From Nitrospiraceae bacterium (GTDB taxonomy: Bacteria > Nitrospirota > Nitrospiria > Nitrospirales > Nitrospiraceae), in assembly GCA_041743755.1 (NCBI GenBank), contig JBGTMB010000152.1:13379-77378 (forward strand): 64,000 nucleotides of DNA, written 5' to 3'. Position 1 is the first letter of the stretch, and every line of letters starts with the position of its first letter. Both the position numbers and the translations under genes were made by a program. Positions 39,395-47,499 of the stretch are shown piece by piece. The notes beneath the pieces are model-generated. The model searched no databases and was not told the origin of the DNA. It saw nothing but the letters and a program-made list of their open reading frames with translations.

Positions 39395-40174
39395 ATGAGA
39401 GGCCGAACAATCATCACTCGTTCCATCGGTACCCTCTATGTCGTCAGTACACCGATCGGCCACCCAGACGACATCACTCTTCGGGCCCTTGCTACATTGC
39501 GCCACGTCAGGATTGTTGCATCAGAAAGCCCTCGCGTGACCCAGGCGCTCTTGGCGCATCATAAGATTACAGCAACCATCACCAGCTACGGCCCGATCAA
39601 TCTCCATGAGAAAATGCCGCTCCTTCTCCATCGGTTGATGCAGGGACAGGATGTCGCGCTGGTCTCAGATAATGGCACTCCAGTCATCTATGATCCAGGC
39701 AGCCTACTTGTGGCTGCTGCCCATCAAGCAGGAATCCCGGTCAAGGCCATCCCAGGTCCTTCTACCCTCACGGCCGCGACGGCGATCTCCGGGTTTTCCG
39801 GCGATGCCATTATCTTTGAGGGACGCCTCCCCAGAACCGGCCGTGCACTCACGCAACATCTGTCCCAACTCCAACATGAACGCAGCACCCTCGTCTTCTA
39901 TGTGGAACCAAAAACCCTTGCGCGGCTCCTGAACATTCTGGCACAGGTACTCCCCGCCAGACAGGTAGCCATCGCAATAGATCTCACAACGTCTAAAGAA
40001 ACCGTGTTGCGAGGGGTGCCGAGTGCGCTGCGTGATCAGATCGGACTTGTGGCAAAGGATTCTGCGGTGACAGTCGTTATCGAAGGAAAGAGGATGGGAT
40101 CGCGCACAGGCAACGATACGCAGAAGGGACCTCTGCGCTACTCATCTTCGCGGCGTCGAATACGCACTCGATAG
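39395..40174 (+). CDS. rsmI: 16S rRNA (cytidine1402-2'-O)-methyltransferase
   Basis: From the ORF 39248..40174. The conserved N-terminus GTLYVVSTPIGHPDDITLRAL places the likely start at the ATG at 39395 (MRGRTII...). An ATG at 39359 is an alternative. Confidence 0.85.
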   Translation: MRGRTIITRSIGTLYVVSTPIGHPDDITLRALATLRHVRIVASESPRVTQALLAHHKITATITSYGPINLHEKMPLLLHRLMQGQDVALVSDNGTPVIYDPGSLLVAAAHQAGIPVKAIPGPSTLTAATAISGFSGDAIIFEGRLPRTGRALTQHLSQLQHERSTLVFYVEPKTLARLLNILAQVLPARQVAIAIDLTTSKETVLRGVPSALRDQIGLVAKDSAVTVVIEGKRMGSRTGNDTQKGPLRYSSSRRRIRTR

Positions 40175-40425
40175 AATTCTTGAACCCGATCTTGTGAAAG
40201 GACCGTGTGCCCCTCATTACTGACGCTCAGGGGGACATTTCGAATGGGGTCGCCATCGTCCAAGAGCACTGAAAGAATCTGCCCTTGCTCCATCGCTTCG
40301 AGCTTTAACTTGGTTTTGACAAAGTTATAGGGACAAATCACTCCCCGTAAATCCAACTCGGTATCTGGCTCGCGAGTCACTGTTGTAGGGTCCTCTCCTC
40401 CCAAGTTTTTCTCCTTCTCGTTCAT
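40138..40425 (-). CDS. TusA/SirA-like sulfur-carrier domain protein
   Basis: From the ORF 40138..40509. The likely start is at 40425 (MNEKEK...). LDLRGVICPYNFVKTKLKLEAM resembles the TusA CPxP-type motif. Its 3' end overlaps the convergent rsmI 3' end by 37 nt. Confidence 0.7.
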   Translation of the reverse strand: MNEKEKNLGGEDPTTVTREPDTELDLRGVICPYNFVKTKLKLEAMEQGQILSVLLDDGDPIRNVPLSVSNEGHTVLSQDRVQEFYRVRIRRREDE

Positions 40426-40518
40426 CTTGGCAATTCGCCGCACGAGTCCGCTGGCAAGTCTAGCAAGGAGTCGGCATCCTCGCAAGCAGGGTACCGGATA
40501 TGACCACACGGTGAGCGC

Positions 40519-40546
40519 AAAAAAAGGGGCAGCAAGACGCTGCCCC
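40519..40546 (-). terminator. Rho-independent terminator after the secreted-protein gene
   Basis: On the minus strand, GGGGCAGC-gtctt-GCTGCCCC (an 8-bp GC stem at 40526-40546) is followed by a 7-nt U tract (plus-strand A run at 40519-40525). It lies 37 nt downstream of the stop at 40583. Confidence 0.6.
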
Positions 40547-40582
40547 TTCCATTCTGCTAGACGCTTGCGAATGTGTCTCGAA

Positions 40583-41323
40583 TTAGTTCATGCCCTTGAC
40601 CAAGTTTGGCTTGGTGTAGTCCGTTCCGTAGTCTGACTTGTTGCCGACTCCATTGCCCCATCCCGGCTGTGGTTCGCACTGCCAGCAGGGAGCGGAACCG
40701 GTGTATTCACCTACCGGGCTGGTGATGCCGGAATCGATCTTTCCTGGAAGAACAGAGCCACTAATGCCACCGGTGGTGGAACCACTGTTCGTTTCGATCC
40801 CACGCTCGCTCCTAGGATCCGGGTGTTGCCCAAGTCCGCCGAAACCAGCAAGCTTCTCATTGCCACGAATGACGATAACCTCACGGACAATTTTACGACC
40901 TGTGCCGAATGGCTGGCTCGCACTTGTTTCCTCAATTGCCTGAATAGCCACGTCGTCACCAGACGCTAAAACACGAAGCTGATCGTAATTCGTCTTGTCA
41001 TCAAAATATACCGTACGGTAGTTCATCGCGCCACCACCTGCACGGCCCTCATCGTGAGAGCTTCCACCCATCTCTAGCCACATTTTTTTGGCTGTCAGAT
41101 CGAATCCAATTACACGACCAAACATGCTTTCGTTCTGCGACAACCGGTCGAGAAGCTGGGTTCTATCGTAGGTGTTCACGCGAGGACTCGTCCCGGACAC
41201 ATCGCCAACCCCTTCGCCCACACCCATGCCGGATTGGTTAGACTGCAATCGCTCTTGAGCGATTGCCATACTTGCGGCGCCGACAAAAATAATTGCCGCC
41301 CCCAGTGCCAACACGTTACGCAT
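40583..41323 (-). CDS. Secreted protein of unknown function
   Basis: From the ORF 40583..41380. The likely start is at 41323 (MRNVLALGAAIIFVGAASMAIAQE, a signal peptide). The mature part is Gly/Ser-rich. I do not recognise a family. Confidence 0.6.
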   Translation of the reverse strand: MRNVLALGAAIIFVGAASMAIAQERLQSNQSGMGVGEGVGDVSGTSPRVNTYDRTQLLDRLSQNESMFGRVIGFDLTAKKMWLEMGGSSHDEGRAGGGAMNYRTVYFDDKTNYDQLRVLASGDDVAIQAIEETSASQPFGTGRKIVREVIVIRGNEKLAGFGGLGQHPDPRSERGIETNSGSTTGGISGSVLPGKIDSGITSPVGEYTGSAPCWQCEPQPGWGNGVGNKSDYGTDYTKPNLVKGMN

Positions 41324-41567
41324 GTGCTGCCTCCTCGGTAAGATTTTGAGAATGAAAGAATGTAGTGCCGTGGCCGACACGAAGATGAGACGATCTATAT
41401 CTATGAGATTTTTTCATCACCCTAATGCCCGCGAACTATAGGCTACCCATTTTCACAAGTCAACTGATCTTCTACAGAATCTGATGTCCTTCCGCGCTCT
41501 GCATCATCCGATTATCGTCCAACTCCGATACACATTCCTACCATACCAACCACACACTATGAACCGA

Positions 41568-41654
41568 TGGTGCCCAGAGGGAGGGTCGAACTCCCACTCT
41601 CTTGCGAGAACCGGATTTTGAGTCCGGCGCGTCTGCCAGTTCCGCCATCCGGGC
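41568..41654 (-). tRNA. tRNA-Leu (anticodon CAA), 87 nt with long variable arm and encoded CCA
   Basis: The reverse complement reads GCCCGGATGGCGGAACTGGCAGACGCGCCGGACTCAAAATCCGGTTCTCGCAAGAGAGTGGGAGTTCGACCCTCCCTCTGGGCACCA. The anticodon stem CCGGA/TCCGG carries the loop CTCAAAA (CAA). The T-arm is GGGAGTTCGACCCTCCC. The acceptor GCCCGGA pairs with TCTGGGC. Confidence 0.9.
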
Positions 41655-41793
41655 ATACACGTTCCAGTCGAATCTTCTTAGCACGAAGCCATAGGCGGGT
41701 CAATCTGCGCCCTCTTTATATTCGCACGACAGCAGTGTTACAATTCTTCTCCAATACTCATCTCATAACTGCACTCGGAAGGAATCTCACATT

Positions 41794-42072
41794 ATGGCAG
41801 ATGTTCAATGCGTCACGTGTGGGCAAGCGGGAGAAACCATCACCGACCCTCTCTTCATGGGAAAGCTTGAATCCGAGATCAAATCCAAAGTCTGCAAGCC
41901 CTGCTGGAAGAAATGGGAAGGCATGCGGGTGATGGTCATCAACGAGTATCAGGTCAATCTGGGGGAAGAAAGTGGCAGAGACCTCGTGAAGAAGCAGATG
42001 AAGGCCTTTCTCAAACTTGGAGAGCAAACGGATACCGGGAAACTCGATCAGAACTATCGCCCGCCCGCCTAG
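41794..42072 (+). CDS. yggX: Fe(2+)-trafficking / oxidative-damage protection protein (YggX family)
   Basis: 92 aa. MADVQCVTCGQAGE...KVCKPCWKKWEGMRVMVINEYQVNL matches the YggX-type pattern. Confidence 0.8.
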   Translation: MADVQCVTCGQAGETITDPLFMGKLESEIKSKVCKPCWKKWEGMRVMVINEYQVNLGEESGRDLVKKQMKAFLKLGEQTDTGKLDQNYRPPA

Positions 42073-42273
42073 ACCCAAACGGTTTTGCGCGGGCAAGAGA
42101 ACTTCCGACTAGGCTTGTATTGGCGAGTCGTCTCTGAATTTCTCCTGCGATCTCGCAGGCTTCGTTGACAGGCCGACTTCTGAAATGCTAGATTTCATCG
42201 GTTTCGATCCATCCATGATAATCGACATCTCGTCACAACTCGTTACGGAGAGAGACGGGGTAAGGGCTGGTTC

Positions 42274-42729
42274 ATGATTACACAGATGCATGTTAAAGGG
42301 TTGATGTTCGACCCCTATAATAACGCCTACATCGTGGTGCTACGTGACGAAGAGCATTCCGACATGCTCCCCATTTGGGTCGGCAAGTCAGAGGCCGGCG
42401 CAATCAGCATGTCGCTGGAAAATGTGACGCCTCCCCGACCGATGACACACGACTTCATGATGTCATTCCTTGATGCCTTCAATGCAAAAGTCATCAGCGT
42501 GGTCATTACAGATCTGTCAGAGCATACCTATTTTTCGAAAATCCACCTGATGTATGAAGATTCAGAATACACGGTCGACGCCAGGCCTAGCGATGCGATT
42601 GCACTAGCACTCCGGAGCAATGCGCCGGTATTTGCGAATAATTCCGTCATCACCAAACAGAGTTCCGAAGAGCTTGAACAGTGGCTGGAAAATCTTAAAC
42701 CGGAAGATTTTGGAAAACTAGACTCCTGA
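42274..42729 (+). CDS. Bifunctional nuclease (BFN/DUF151) family protein, copy 1
   Basis: 151 aa with LPIWVGKSEAGAISMSLENVTPPRPMTHDF...[13 protein letters not shown], the DUF151 signature. Confidence 0.8.
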   Translation: MITQMHVKGLMFDPYNNAYIVVLRDEEHSDMLPIWVGKSEAGAISMSLENVTPPRPMTHDFMMSFLDAFNAKVISVVITDLSEHTYFSKIHLMYEDSEYTVDARPSDAIALALRSNAPVFANNSVITKQSSEELEQWLENLKPEDFGKLDS

Positions 42730-42746
42730 GTCCGCACGACAGAATT

Positions 42747-43244
42747 ATGGATACCGTCGATCAACCCAACGAACAAAGCTTGGTAGAATACCGGGTGGAT
42801 CGTATCCTGGAAGAGGCCAACACCGATACGAGGATTGTCGTCTTAGCACGTCAGGACGGCGTCCTTGACACATTTCCGATTTGGGTCGGAGCGGCAGAAG
42901 GTAATGCCATTAAATTAGCGCTCGATACCATGATCACACCACGGCCCATGAGCCATGATTTGATCAAGAGTTTTGCTGAACACTTGAATATCACAATCCA
43001 ACGCGTCGTCATTACGGACGTCAAGAGCAGTACGTATTATGCGACAGTGCATGTCGCGAACAAAGGCCTGGAAAGGACCATCGATTCCCGACCCAGCGAT
43101 GCGATCGCGTTGGCTCTTCGGGCGCCTTGCCCGATTTACATCACCCAAGACGTGTTGAAGCGGAGGAGTACGACGAATCTCGACGCCTGGCTGGCAAAGC
43201 TGGAGTCGAAAGATATCGGCGCGCCGGAAGTGCAAGAAACTTAA
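42747..43244 (+). CDS. Bifunctional nuclease (BFN/DUF151) family protein, copy 2
   Basis: 165 aa with [30 protein letters not shown]...[13 protein letters not shown]. It is a clear paralog of the preceding gene. Confidence 0.8.
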   Translation: MDTVDQPNEQSLVEYRVDRILEEANTDTRIVVLARQDGVLDTFPIWVGAAEGNAIKLALDTMITPRPMSHDLIKSFAEHLNITIQRVVITDVKSSTYYATVHVANKGLERTIDSRPSDAIALALRAPCPIYITQDVLKRRSTTNLDAWLAKLESKDIGAPEVQET

Positions 43245-43275
43245 GTCACTCGATCGTGAAAGAACGGAGAGAACA

Positions 43276-43704
43276 ATGTTGAGCTACATGCAAAAACCTT
43301 TAGACGTGCAGGAAAAGTGGTACCTCGTGGATGCGGAGGGAAAAACGCTGGGCCGATTAGCAGCCCGAGTCGCCGGAATGTTGCGCGGCAAACACCGGCC
43401 GACCTTTACCCCCCATGTGGACATGGGTGACCATATCGTCATCGTGAATGCGGAGAAGATTCATCTGACCGGCAACAAAATGGTCGCGAAACTCTATCGT
43501 CGCCATAGCGGCTTTCCTGGTGGACTTAAAACTGCAACCGCGCAGCACGTCTTCCGGAAGGATCCGACAGAACTCTTGACTAAAGCGATCGAAGGGATGC
43601 TTCCAAAAAACCCGCTGGGGAATCATATGGCGAAGAAGCTCCGCGTCTACGTCGGTCCCACCCATCCGCATCAGGCGCAACAGCCGGAACCCATTACCCT
43701 GTAG
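43276..43704 (+). CDS. rplM: 50S ribosomal protein L13
   Basis: 142 aa with [16 protein letters not shown]... and IVIVNAEKI. Confidence 0.97.
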   Translation: MLSYMQKPLDVQEKWYLVDAEGKTLGRLAARVAGMLRGKHRPTFTPHVDMGDHIVIVNAEKIHLTGNKMVAKLYRRHSGFPGGLKTATAQHVFRKDPTELLTKAIEGMLPKNPLGNHMAKKLRVYVGPTHPHQAQQPEPITL

Positions 43705-43737
43705 ACACCACACAGACGAAGAAGGAGATATCTAAGC

Positions 43738-44130
43738 ATGGCAGTAGCAACTCAATATGCAACCGGACGACGAAAGTGCGCCATTGCGAGAGCCTGGGTC
43801 ACAGGGAGGGCAGGAGATATCACGATCAATGAACAACCGATCGAGAAGGCATTCCCGCGGCTGACCCTGCGGCAGATTATTCAGTTCCCGCTCGAAATTG
43901 GCGGTGTCATGGGGCAGTACTCGATCAAGGCCACGGTGCAAGGTGGCGGGCAGGTTGGACAAGCCGGCGCCCTGCGTCATGCCATTGCACGCGCGTTGGT
44001 AGAGCTCAACCAACCCCTGCGTACACCCCTCAAGAAGGAAGGCTTGCTGACCCGCGATTCGCGCGTCAAAGAGCGGAAAAAGTACGGACAGAAGGGTGCA
44101 AGAAAGCGGTTCCAGTACTCAAAACGATAA
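43738..44130 (+). CDS. rpsI: 30S ribosomal protein S9
   Basis: 130 aa with GGGQVGQAGALRHAIARAL and the C-terminal KKYGQKGARKRFQYSKR. Confidence 0.97.
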   Translation: MAVATQYATGRRKCAIARAWVTGRAGDITINEQPIEKAFPRLTLRQIIQFPLEIGGVMGQYSIKATVQGGGQVGQAGALRHAIARALVELNQPLRTPLKKEGLLTRDSRVKERKKYGQKGARKRFQYSKR

Positions 44131-44155
44131 ACATCGGAGCCACAGTCAGAAAAAG

Positions 44156-44182
44156 GGAAGGCTCCACGCCTTCCTTTTTTTT
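44156..44182 (+). terminator. Rho-independent terminator after rplM-rpsI
   Basis: GGAAGGC-tccac-GCCTTCC (44156-44174) is followed by eight T (44175-44182) and preceded by an A run, so it is potentially bidirectional. Confidence 0.7.
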
Positions 44183-44213
44183 GTGCCCGTGGCACACATG
44201 GCAGGTGATACAG

Positions 44214-45287
44214 ATGAAAAAAGTACGCGTCACAATCGCAGGGGCCAGTGGATATGCTGGAGCAGAACTCGTTCGCTTGGCAGCCCTCCACCCGCACTTC
44301 GATCTCCACGCTGTCACATCAGAGAAATCCGCCGGGGTTCCCGTGGCAACGGTCTTCCCGAGTCTGGCTGGACTCGTCTCTCTCTCTTTTCAAGCGCTCT
44401 CACCCGAAGCCTTGGCAGAACAGGCAGATGCGGTCTTCTTAGCCCTTCCCCATACTAAATCGTTAGAGCCGGTTTCCGCCTGTCTCAAAACCGGCAAACT
44501 GGTGGTGGACCTCAGCGCCGATTACCGACTCACGGATCCTGCCGTCTATGAACAATGGTATAAAACACCGCATGCCTACCCGGACTTGCTGAAGGATGCC
44601 GTCTACGGACTTCCGGAATTACATCGTGCTGCCATTGCCAAGGCGAGACTCGTCGCGTCGCCAGGCTGTTACCCAACGGCAGCGGTTCTACAATTGGCGC
44701 CATTGTTCGCCCGGGATCTTGTACAACCGCACACCGTCGTCATCGATGCGAAGTCCGGCGTGTCTGGAGCTGGGCGAAGCCCGGCTCTCCCCTACCATTT
44801 CCCTGAAGCCCATGAATCCTTAGAGCCCTACAAAATCGGAGGGCACCGCCACATTCCTGAAATAGAACAAGAACTCGGGGGGTTGCTTCAACGCGCCTCT
44901 CACCCATCGGACACAGTGGCCGCACAGCCGATCGTCACATTCACCCCGCACCTCGTCCCGATGAACCGTGGCATCTTGAGCACCGCCTACTGCAAACTGA
45001 AGAGTCCGATGTCGCTACCGGACCTGCGCGCGTTGTATCGAGACTTTTACAAAGGTGAGCGGTTCGTCAGGTTCCAGGAAGAGACCGTTCCGAATCCGCG
45101 CTACATCAAGGGCTCTAACTATTGCGACATCGGCGTCTACCTCGATTCCCGCTCAGGATCGGTCATTACGGTGGCGGCGCTGGATAATTTAGTGAAAGGC
45201 GCGGCAGGCCAAGCGATTCAAGCCATGAACCTCATGCTGGGATTTCCTGAGGAGACGGGTTTAACGGCTCCCGCCGCCTACCCTTAA
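44214..45287 (+). CDS. argC: N-acetyl-gamma-glutamyl-phosphate reductase
   Basis: From the ORF 44181..45287. The likely start is at 44214 (MKKVRVTIAGASGYAGAELVRL), downstream of the rpsI terminator. The active-site context is SPGCYPTA. Confidence 0.93.
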   Translation: MKKVRVTIAGASGYAGAELVRLAALHPHFDLHAVTSEKSAGVPVATVFPSLAGLVSLSFQALSPEALAEQADAVFLALPHTKSLEPVSACLKTGKLVVDLSADYRLTDPAVYEQWYKTPHAYPDLLKDAVYGLPELHRAAIAKARLVASPGCYPTAAVLQLAPLFARDLVQPHTVVIDAKSGVSGAGRSPALPYHFPEAHESLEPYKIGGHRHIPEIEQELGGLLQRASHPSDTVAAQPIVTFTPHLVPMNRGILSTAYCKLKSPMSLPDLRALYRDFYKGERFVRFQEETVPNPRYIKGSNYCDIGVYLDSRSGSVITVAALDNLVKGAAGQAIQAMNLMLGFPEETGLTAPAAYP

Positions 45288-45547
45288 GCAGGATGCTGAA
45301 AAAGGAGATGGGGTAGCTGGGACGATCCCCTTGCTCGCGCAACGCGCGGCTTGAGAAAGCCCTCGTTGGACGCGCGCAGTTGGAATCATCCCAGCCACCC
45401 CTTACAAAAAGGATAGTTCGCTTCGGCCTTGTTTGGGAAAAGGCGCGTCACTGGGCAAAAAGTCTGTCTTGGCAGACTCAGGGCAGGTGGGTGAAATAAC
45501 CACCTGGGTTGGGCGGGTGAGAAGTCCGGCCTTTTTGAGCATCCTGC
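45288..45547 (+). repeat. Composite type-1 (T1) palindromic element: T1 termini enclosing a different ~220-bp core that contains a type-2 (T2) repeat
   Basis: The left end GCAGGATGCTGAAAAAGG (45288-) and right end CGGCCTTTTTGAGCATCCTGC (-45547) are inverted repeats matching the T1 copies at 46797, 54877 and 57632. The element fills the argC-argJ spacer. Confidence 0.75.
45310..45401. repeat. Type-2 (T2) palindromic repeat, copy a (nested in the composite T1 element)
   Basis: The termini GGGGTAGCTGGGACGATCC... and ...GGAATCATCCCAGCCACCCC are inverted repeats. The core CTTGCTCGCGCAACGCGCGG...CTCGTTGGACGCGCGCAG is shared with copies at 47036 and 47174. Confidence 0.7.
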
Positions 45548-45573
45548 ATAGATCAATATATATTCTCTCGATT

Positions 45574-46797
45574 ATGGCTAAAAAATTACCAACACCATCT
45601 CCACGCCGTGGAGTTACCGCACCGCAGGGATTTCGTGCAGCCGGCATCCATTGCGGGATCAAGAAGCCAGGCTTGCTCGACCTCGCGCTTGTTGTCTCAG
45701 AACAGAGCGGTCCCATCGCAGGGGTCTTCACGAAAAATCAGGTGGTCGCAGCGCCGGTCATTGTCGATCGCTTGCACTTACGCCAGGGAATCGGACGGAC
45801 CATTCTCGTCAACAGCGGCAACGCGAACGCCTGTACTGGCGCCAAGGGATTGGCCGCCGCAAAGAAGACTGCCACCGTACTTGCACGCCACATGGGAGTT
45901 CCCTCGCAACACGTATTCATCGGTTCTACAGGTGTGATCGGTCGTGCGTTACCGGTCGATCAAATCATCAAAGGCATCCCGAAACTGGTTGCTCAACTCA
46001 CCGACCATGGAGGCCCGGATGCTGCTCGGGCAATCATGACGACCGACCTGCGCCCGAAGTCCATTGCCCTCCAGGACACCATCGGTGGTCGTTTGATTAC
46101 CATCGGGGGAATGGCCAAGGGCTCTGGAATGATCCACCCCAACATGGCCACGATGCTGGCCTATTTCACCACGGACGCGTCAATCACGAAGAGCGCCCTC
46201 CAACGGGCTCTCAGTCTCGCGGCCGACGAGTCATTCAACTGCATTTCGGTCGATGGAGATACGAGCACGAACGACACGGTCCTGTGCTTGGCGAACGGTA
46301 TGGCTCGGAACCGCACCATCAAAGAAGGCACCCCCGCCTTTCAGCGATTCCTCCTACTCCTGACAGAAGCCTGCCAATCACTCGCGCTGGCAATTTGTCG
46401 CGATGGTGAAGGTGTCACGAAGGTGGTAAACATCGAGGTGGCCGGAGCAGCCACAGTGGCCCAGGCACGGCAGGTCGCCCACACCATCGCCACATCAAAT
46501 CTGGTAAAGACCGCCCTGTTCGGCGAAGATGCCAATTGGGGTCGTGTGATGGCGGCAATCGGACGAGCCGGGGTTCCGATTACTCCGTCAAAGCTGAATG
46601 TCTCGTTCGGCGGGGTTCCAATGGTAAAAAAAGGTATGGGACTCGGGCTCGCTGCTGAAGCCCGCATCGCAAAAGTCTTTCGCCAGAAAGAATTTACGAT
46701 CGCCGTAGGACTAGGACAAGGCCGCCACAAAGCGCACATCTGGACAACCGATCTGTCGTTCGACTATATCCGCATCAACGCAAGCTACCGATCTTAG
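45574..46797 (+). CDS. argJ: Bifunctional ornithine acetyltransferase / N-acetylglutamate synthase
   Basis: From the ORF 45433..46797. The likely start is at 45574 (MAKKLPTPSPRRGVTAPQGFRAAGIHCGIKK), because the upstream part of the ORF lies inside the repeat element. The autoprocessing site context is ATMLAYFTTDA. Confidence 0.93.
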   Translation: MAKKLPTPSPRRGVTAPQGFRAAGIHCGIKKPGLLDLALVVSEQSGPIAGVFTKNQVVAAPVIVDRLHLRQGIGRTILVNSGNANACTGAKGLAAAKKTATVLARHMGVPSQHVFIGSTGVIGRALPVDQIIKGIPKLVAQLTDHGGPDAARAIMTTDLRPKSIALQDTIGGRLITIGGMAKGSGMIHPNMATMLAYFTTDASITKSALQRALSLAADESFNCISVDGDTSTNDTVLCLANGMARNRTIKEGTPAFQRFLLLLTEACQSLALAICRDGEGVTKVVNIEVAGAATVAQARQVAHTIATSNLVKTALFGEDANWGRVMAAIGRAGVPITPSKLNVSFGGVPMVKKGMGLGLAAEARIAKVFRQKEFTIAVGLGQGRHKAHIWTTDLSFDYIRINASYRS

Positions 46798-46921
46798 CGG
46801 ATGCTGAAAAATCCCGTCAGCATCGTTCTCGCATCGCTCAGATCCTCAACGTACCCCAGAGGGTACGCCTCCGGTCTTCGCTCGCTGCGGCCTTGCTGAA
46901 CGGCCTTTTTGAGCATCCTGC
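46797..46921 (+). repeat. Type-1 (T1) ~124-bp MITE/REP-like palindromic element
   Basis: GCGGATGCTGAAAAATCCCGTCAGCATCGTTCTCGCATCGCTCAG...CGCTCGCTGCGGCCTTGCTGAACGGCCTTTTTGAGCATCCTGC. It has ~17-21 bp terminal inverted repeats and starts at the last base of the argJ stop codon. Confidence 0.8.
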
Positions 46922-47035
46922 GACTATTGAGGCGTCAGTACCAACTGTAGTATTTCAGGGCAAGGCGCGATCGCCTCTTTCCTGAACCAACCCACCGCCT
47001 AGCTGACTGGTGAACCTGAATCAAGAGAGACGAGA

Positions 47036-47126
47036 GGGGAAGTCTGGTCGTCCTCCTGCTCGCGGAACGCGCACGATAGGAATGTGCTCGTTCAACGCGC
47101 GCAATCGAGGATCAACCAGGCTACCC
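47036..47126. repeat. Type-2 (T2) palindromic repeat, copy b
   Basis: GGGGAAGTCTGGTCGTCCTC CTGCTCGCGGAACGCGCACG...GCTCGTTCAACGCGCGCAA..GAGGATCAACCAGGCTACCC. The termini are inverted repeats and the core is shared with 45310-45401. Confidence 0.65.
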
Positions 47127-47173
47127 TTGAAAATGAAATGTGAGATTAGGATAACGCCTACGATGAAGGGGAT

Positions 47174-47270
47174 GGAAGGGGCACCCATATTGGTCTTGTG
47201 CTTCCGGAACGCGCGCCCTAAGAAGGGCCTCGTTCGACGGCCTCACCTAGACCAACACAGGTGCCCTTCC
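47174..47270. repeat. Type-2 (T2)-related palindromic repeat, copy c
   Basis: The termini are GGAAGGGGCACCCATATTGGTCT and AGACCAACACAGGTGCCCTTCC. The core CTTCCGGAACGCGCGCCC...GGGCCTCGTTCGACGG is related to copies a and b. Confidence 0.6.
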
Positions 47271-47499
47271 GTATGGGAGGAGGTAGGCTTACAAACACCC
47301 TCGCCCTCTTCTGTGCAGATGATTTATTGCGAGGAAAAGCGTATTCTTTGACACCATTAATTTCCCAGCCCCAGTCTATCCAAGATTAGACTGACCGGAA
47401 AAAACAGAGAAGACTCGGTCTCCAGATAAATAAATATATGACCGCTAGACCTCATCTCACTTCTCTGTTTGAAGCTTTTTAGCTGAAAGGAATACACCC

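Noticed and set aside
41568-41654. tRNA-Leu as the integration site for the AT-rich cassette.
   Set aside because: The tRNA is about 6 kb from the cassette and is separated from it by native-looking housekeeping genes (yggX, BFN x2, rplM, rpsI, argC, argJ). I noticed no integrase and no direct repeat of the tRNA 3' end.
47010-47351. 113-aa ORF in the argJ-cassette spacer. Repeat-borne ORFs include 54882..55079, 54979..55506, 57694..57894 and 45402..45731.
   Set aside because: They are made up largely of T1 and T2 palindromic repeat sequence, so near-identical peptides arise wherever the repeat occurs. They have no RBS and are most likely non-coding.
47348-47392. A sigma-70 promoter for the cassette. 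TTGACA occurs at 47348-47353.
   Set aside because: No acceptable -10 hexamer lies 16-19 nt downstream. The candidates TATCCA at 47377 and TAGACT at 47387 are too far away. A promoter probably exists in 47350-47499, but I cannot place it from sequence alone.
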